From positions 1 through 8,468 of the forward strand of contig JAWOFX010000082.1 of assembly GCA_046497275.1 (NCBI GenBank): a stretch of DNA of 8,468 nt, read 5' to 3'. The position numbers and the translations under genes were made by a program. This DNA comes from Promethearchaeia archaeon (GTDB lineage Archaea > Asgardarchaeota > Lokiarchaeia > Sigyniarchaeales > SOKP01). Under the pieces are notes generated by a model. The model saw nothing but the letters and a program-made list of their open reading frames with translations. It was not told where the DNA came from and searched no databases. Positions 6,265-8,468 of the stretch are shown here, one piece after another; position 1 is the stretch's first letter, and every line of letters starts with the position of its first letter.

Positions 6265-8468
6265 TTAAATAAGATTTAATTTTTCTCTTAAATCTCTCAG
6301 CTTCTCTTTTGTTTTTGTCTCCTCAGGATTATTTATCAACCGTTTTTGATAAAAAAGGATATTTTGATATTTTAATTCTATCTGATTAAACAACTTTATC
6401 CATAAATTAAAACCATCCATTAATTCTTTTACTTTTTCATCTTCTGCAAAAGACTTTATTTTCTCCACATCCTCATCCATATAAGAAATTGCTTTATATT
6501 TTTTTAGTGAATATCCTTGTTCTTCTAAAAATTTTTTATTTAGACGATTGATAATAGCATCAAGTTCACTTCTCCAATGAATATATCTCTCATTTATTCT
6601 ATTGATAGAATTATGAATTATCTTAATTTCTTGTGGATAAATCGTTGAATCTTTCGTTAATATAGTCTTTATTTTTTGAAATTCTCTATTAAATTTATCG
6701 TAATAATTATTAACAATAATTTCAAATTCTTCTAAACTAGAAATGTAATTTTTAGCAAAAATTATCTCATCTCTGGTAAAAGTATAGGTTTCTTCATCAA
6801 ATTCTCCTTCTAATCCTCCACTATCTCTAAGCTCATTGAAAATATCCATCAAAACCTCCAAATCGTTTTCAGTTAATTCTTTACCATAAAATAAGTCATT
6901 AAATGAAAAAAGAGCACCACTAGAAATCATCATCTCTTTGATTCCCTTTTCAGTATAAAATTTCACCTCGTTATCTTCTTCATAGAAAATTCCTTTTAAT
7001 GTTCCTGACTGCTGCAATTCTTCGATAAGATTCTTCATTAATTGTGAATTAATATCATATGTTCCCAAAGTTATAACACTCTGCGATTGGGATTCCGTTT
7101 TGACAAATTCTTTTACTTTATTCTTTGCATTCTCGATTTTAGAGGGATTAAAAATTATAGTATCTCCCTGTATCAAAAAATTAAGATTTAAATCATTTAA
7201 ATATTCTATAAAAATTTCGTATTCCATGCCAGTTTTTGTTAGATATTCTGATATTTTAATTTGGTCTTTGCTTTTTATTTCCTCTCCTATTGATTTAGTA
7301 TTTTCCGCAATTTTGAGAAGGATTTCTTCTTTATTGATGTTTAGTTCTCGAGCAAAAATATTGATTTCTTTCGACTTTTTTTCATTATCTTGAATCTTAC
7401 TAATAGAGTCAATTCTTTCTTTAAGATATTTTGAATAATAAAACACTGTTCTCTCTTTATTCCAAAGCCCACTTCTTTCGTCAATATATGTATCAAAAAT
7501 ATCATATAACAATAACTTATTAATACCAAATTTTTCTGAAATGCGTTTTACATCAAAATATCCAATGATTTTAGTATTTTCTAACTCTCGTTCAATTTTT
7601 AATTTCCCAATATTTGTCAACCAAAAAGTTCTTTCATGAAAATTGGTTAAATATTCTTTTGGGAGATGCCTTATGAGTTTGATAAAAGACTTATCTGTTA
7701 ATTTCGCTTGATAATCCTTTAAGTCAATATAGGTTTCCTTTGTCGCCAGTTCTGTAATCCTTTTTCTAATAGTGTCTATTAGGAAGAATTTATCCTTCTC
7801 TCTCCCTAATAAAACTAAGAAATTATTCTCTTGAATGACATCTTTTATTAATCTCTTTACATAGGGTAAAGGAAGATGATTATAATTCTTTAATTCAATA
7901 ATTCCGTCTTTCTGTAGATCACGAATGAGTTGAGATTTGATATAATTTGCTGGATAAAAATAAAACTCTGAAAGATATCCTTGAATATGTCCTAATTTTA
8001 CTAGAGTTTTGATAAATAGCTTTAAATCATCCTTATTAATAATTTCAGAAAATTCTTCTAAAATTTTATCATAAGGAATCTTTTGCGTTTGATTAAAAAA
8101 TGAATTTAATTTCTCCTTTTCAAGGGCATAAAAATAAATTTGATTAGTTTCTTGATTTTTAGTATAAAAGTAAATTTCTACATCTTTCATACTTAACTCT
8201 TTAAAACTTTCTAAAAATTCATTAAAACTAATTCCTTTTTCTTTATTTAATTTTGTAAAATTATATTTCTTTTTAATAAAACTATTATCTAAAAGCTCTG
8301 TTAATTCATCTGCAGGCTTTGATAAAAAATCTTCTTCGTTTAATGTAGAAAATTCTTGACTTAAAAGAGCGCCTAATGTGGTTTTAAGCATTGCTACATC
8401 TTGATCGAAAAATGATTCAACTATTTCTATACCAATGTTCCTTAATCTGTAAAGATGCTTAAATTTGA
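6265..8468 (-). CDS. Large hypothetical protein, 5'-truncated at the window edge; tandem winged-helix (PCI-like/UFL1-like) repeats followed by a C-terminal helical/coiled-coil region
   Basis: The 708-aa ORF-track frame stays open past ATG 8391 to the window end (...KFKHLYRLRNIGIEIVESFFDQDVA-MLKT), so the real start is probably outside the window. Recurrent motifs LVKLGHIQGYL (7972-8004), LQQSGTLKGIF (6985-7017) and LRDSGGLEGEF (6799-6831), with units of roughly 55-60 aa. Confidence 0.8.
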   Translation of the reverse strand, partial: KFKHLYRLRNIGIEIVESFFDQDVAMLKTTLGALLSQEFSTLNEEDFLSKPADELTELLDNSFIKKKYNFTKLNKEKGISFNEFLESFKELSMKDVEIYFYTKNQETNQIYFYALEKEKLNSFFNQTQKIPYDKILEEFSEIINKDDLKLFIKTLVKLGHIQGYLSEFYFYPANYIKSQLIRDLQKDGIIELKNYNHLPLPYVKRLIKDVIQENNFLVLLGREKDKFFLIDTIRKRITELATKETYIDLKDYQAKLTDKSFIKLIRHLPKEYLTNFHERTFWLTNIGKLKIERELENTKIIGYFDVKRISEKFGINKLLLYDIFDTYIDERSGLWNKERTVFYYSKYLKERIDSISKIQDNEKKSKEINIFARELNINKEEILLKIAENTKSIGEEIKSKDQIKISEYLTKTGMEYEIFIEYLNDLNLNFLIQGDTIIFNPSKIENAKNKVKEFVKTESQSQSVITLGTYDINSQLMKNLIEELQQSGTLKGIFYEEDNEVKFYTEKGIKEMMISSGALFSFNDLFYGKELTENDLEVLMDIFNELRDSGGLEGEFDEETYTFTRDEIIFAKNYISSLEEFEIIVNNYYDKFNREFQKIKTILTKDSTIYPQEIKIIHNSINRINERYIHWRSELDAIINRLNKKFLEEQGYSLKKYKAISYMDEDVEKIKSFAEDEKVKELMDGFNLWIKLFNQIELKYQNILFYQKRLINNPEETKTKEKLRDLREKLNLI

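Noticed and set aside
7100-7529. 97-aa + ORF (7100-7393) and 62-aa alternative-frame - ORF (7341-7529)
   Set aside because: Both are nested in the long - strand gene, with no independent signals.

Overview
AT-rich window (about 30% GC by eye) that reads as archaeal, most likely Asgard (Lokiarchaeia/Promethearchaeota); this is inferred from gene content, A-tract+TTTAAAT promoter-like motifs and oligo-T tracts. The + strand carries four genes: (1) a 605-aa fusion of an N-terminal AbrB/MazE/SpoVT-like domain to a CaiC-like acyl-CoA ligase body whose catalytic motifs are degenerate, including loss of the A10 lysine; (2) a 510-aa 4-hydroxybutyryl-CoA dehydratase (AbfD)-family protein with intact [4Fe-4S] ligands but apparently no Glu455 equivalent; (3) bifunctional PurH; (4) a 93-aa probable winged-helix protein. 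The - strand carries a large 5'-truncated protein (at least 733 codons) with tandem winged-helix/PCI-like repeats reminiscent of UFL1. The purH-wHTH spacer holds a ~127-nt segment that folds into a perfect three-way junction with a GAAA tetraloop. No rRNA, tRNA, CRISPR array or transposase was seen.
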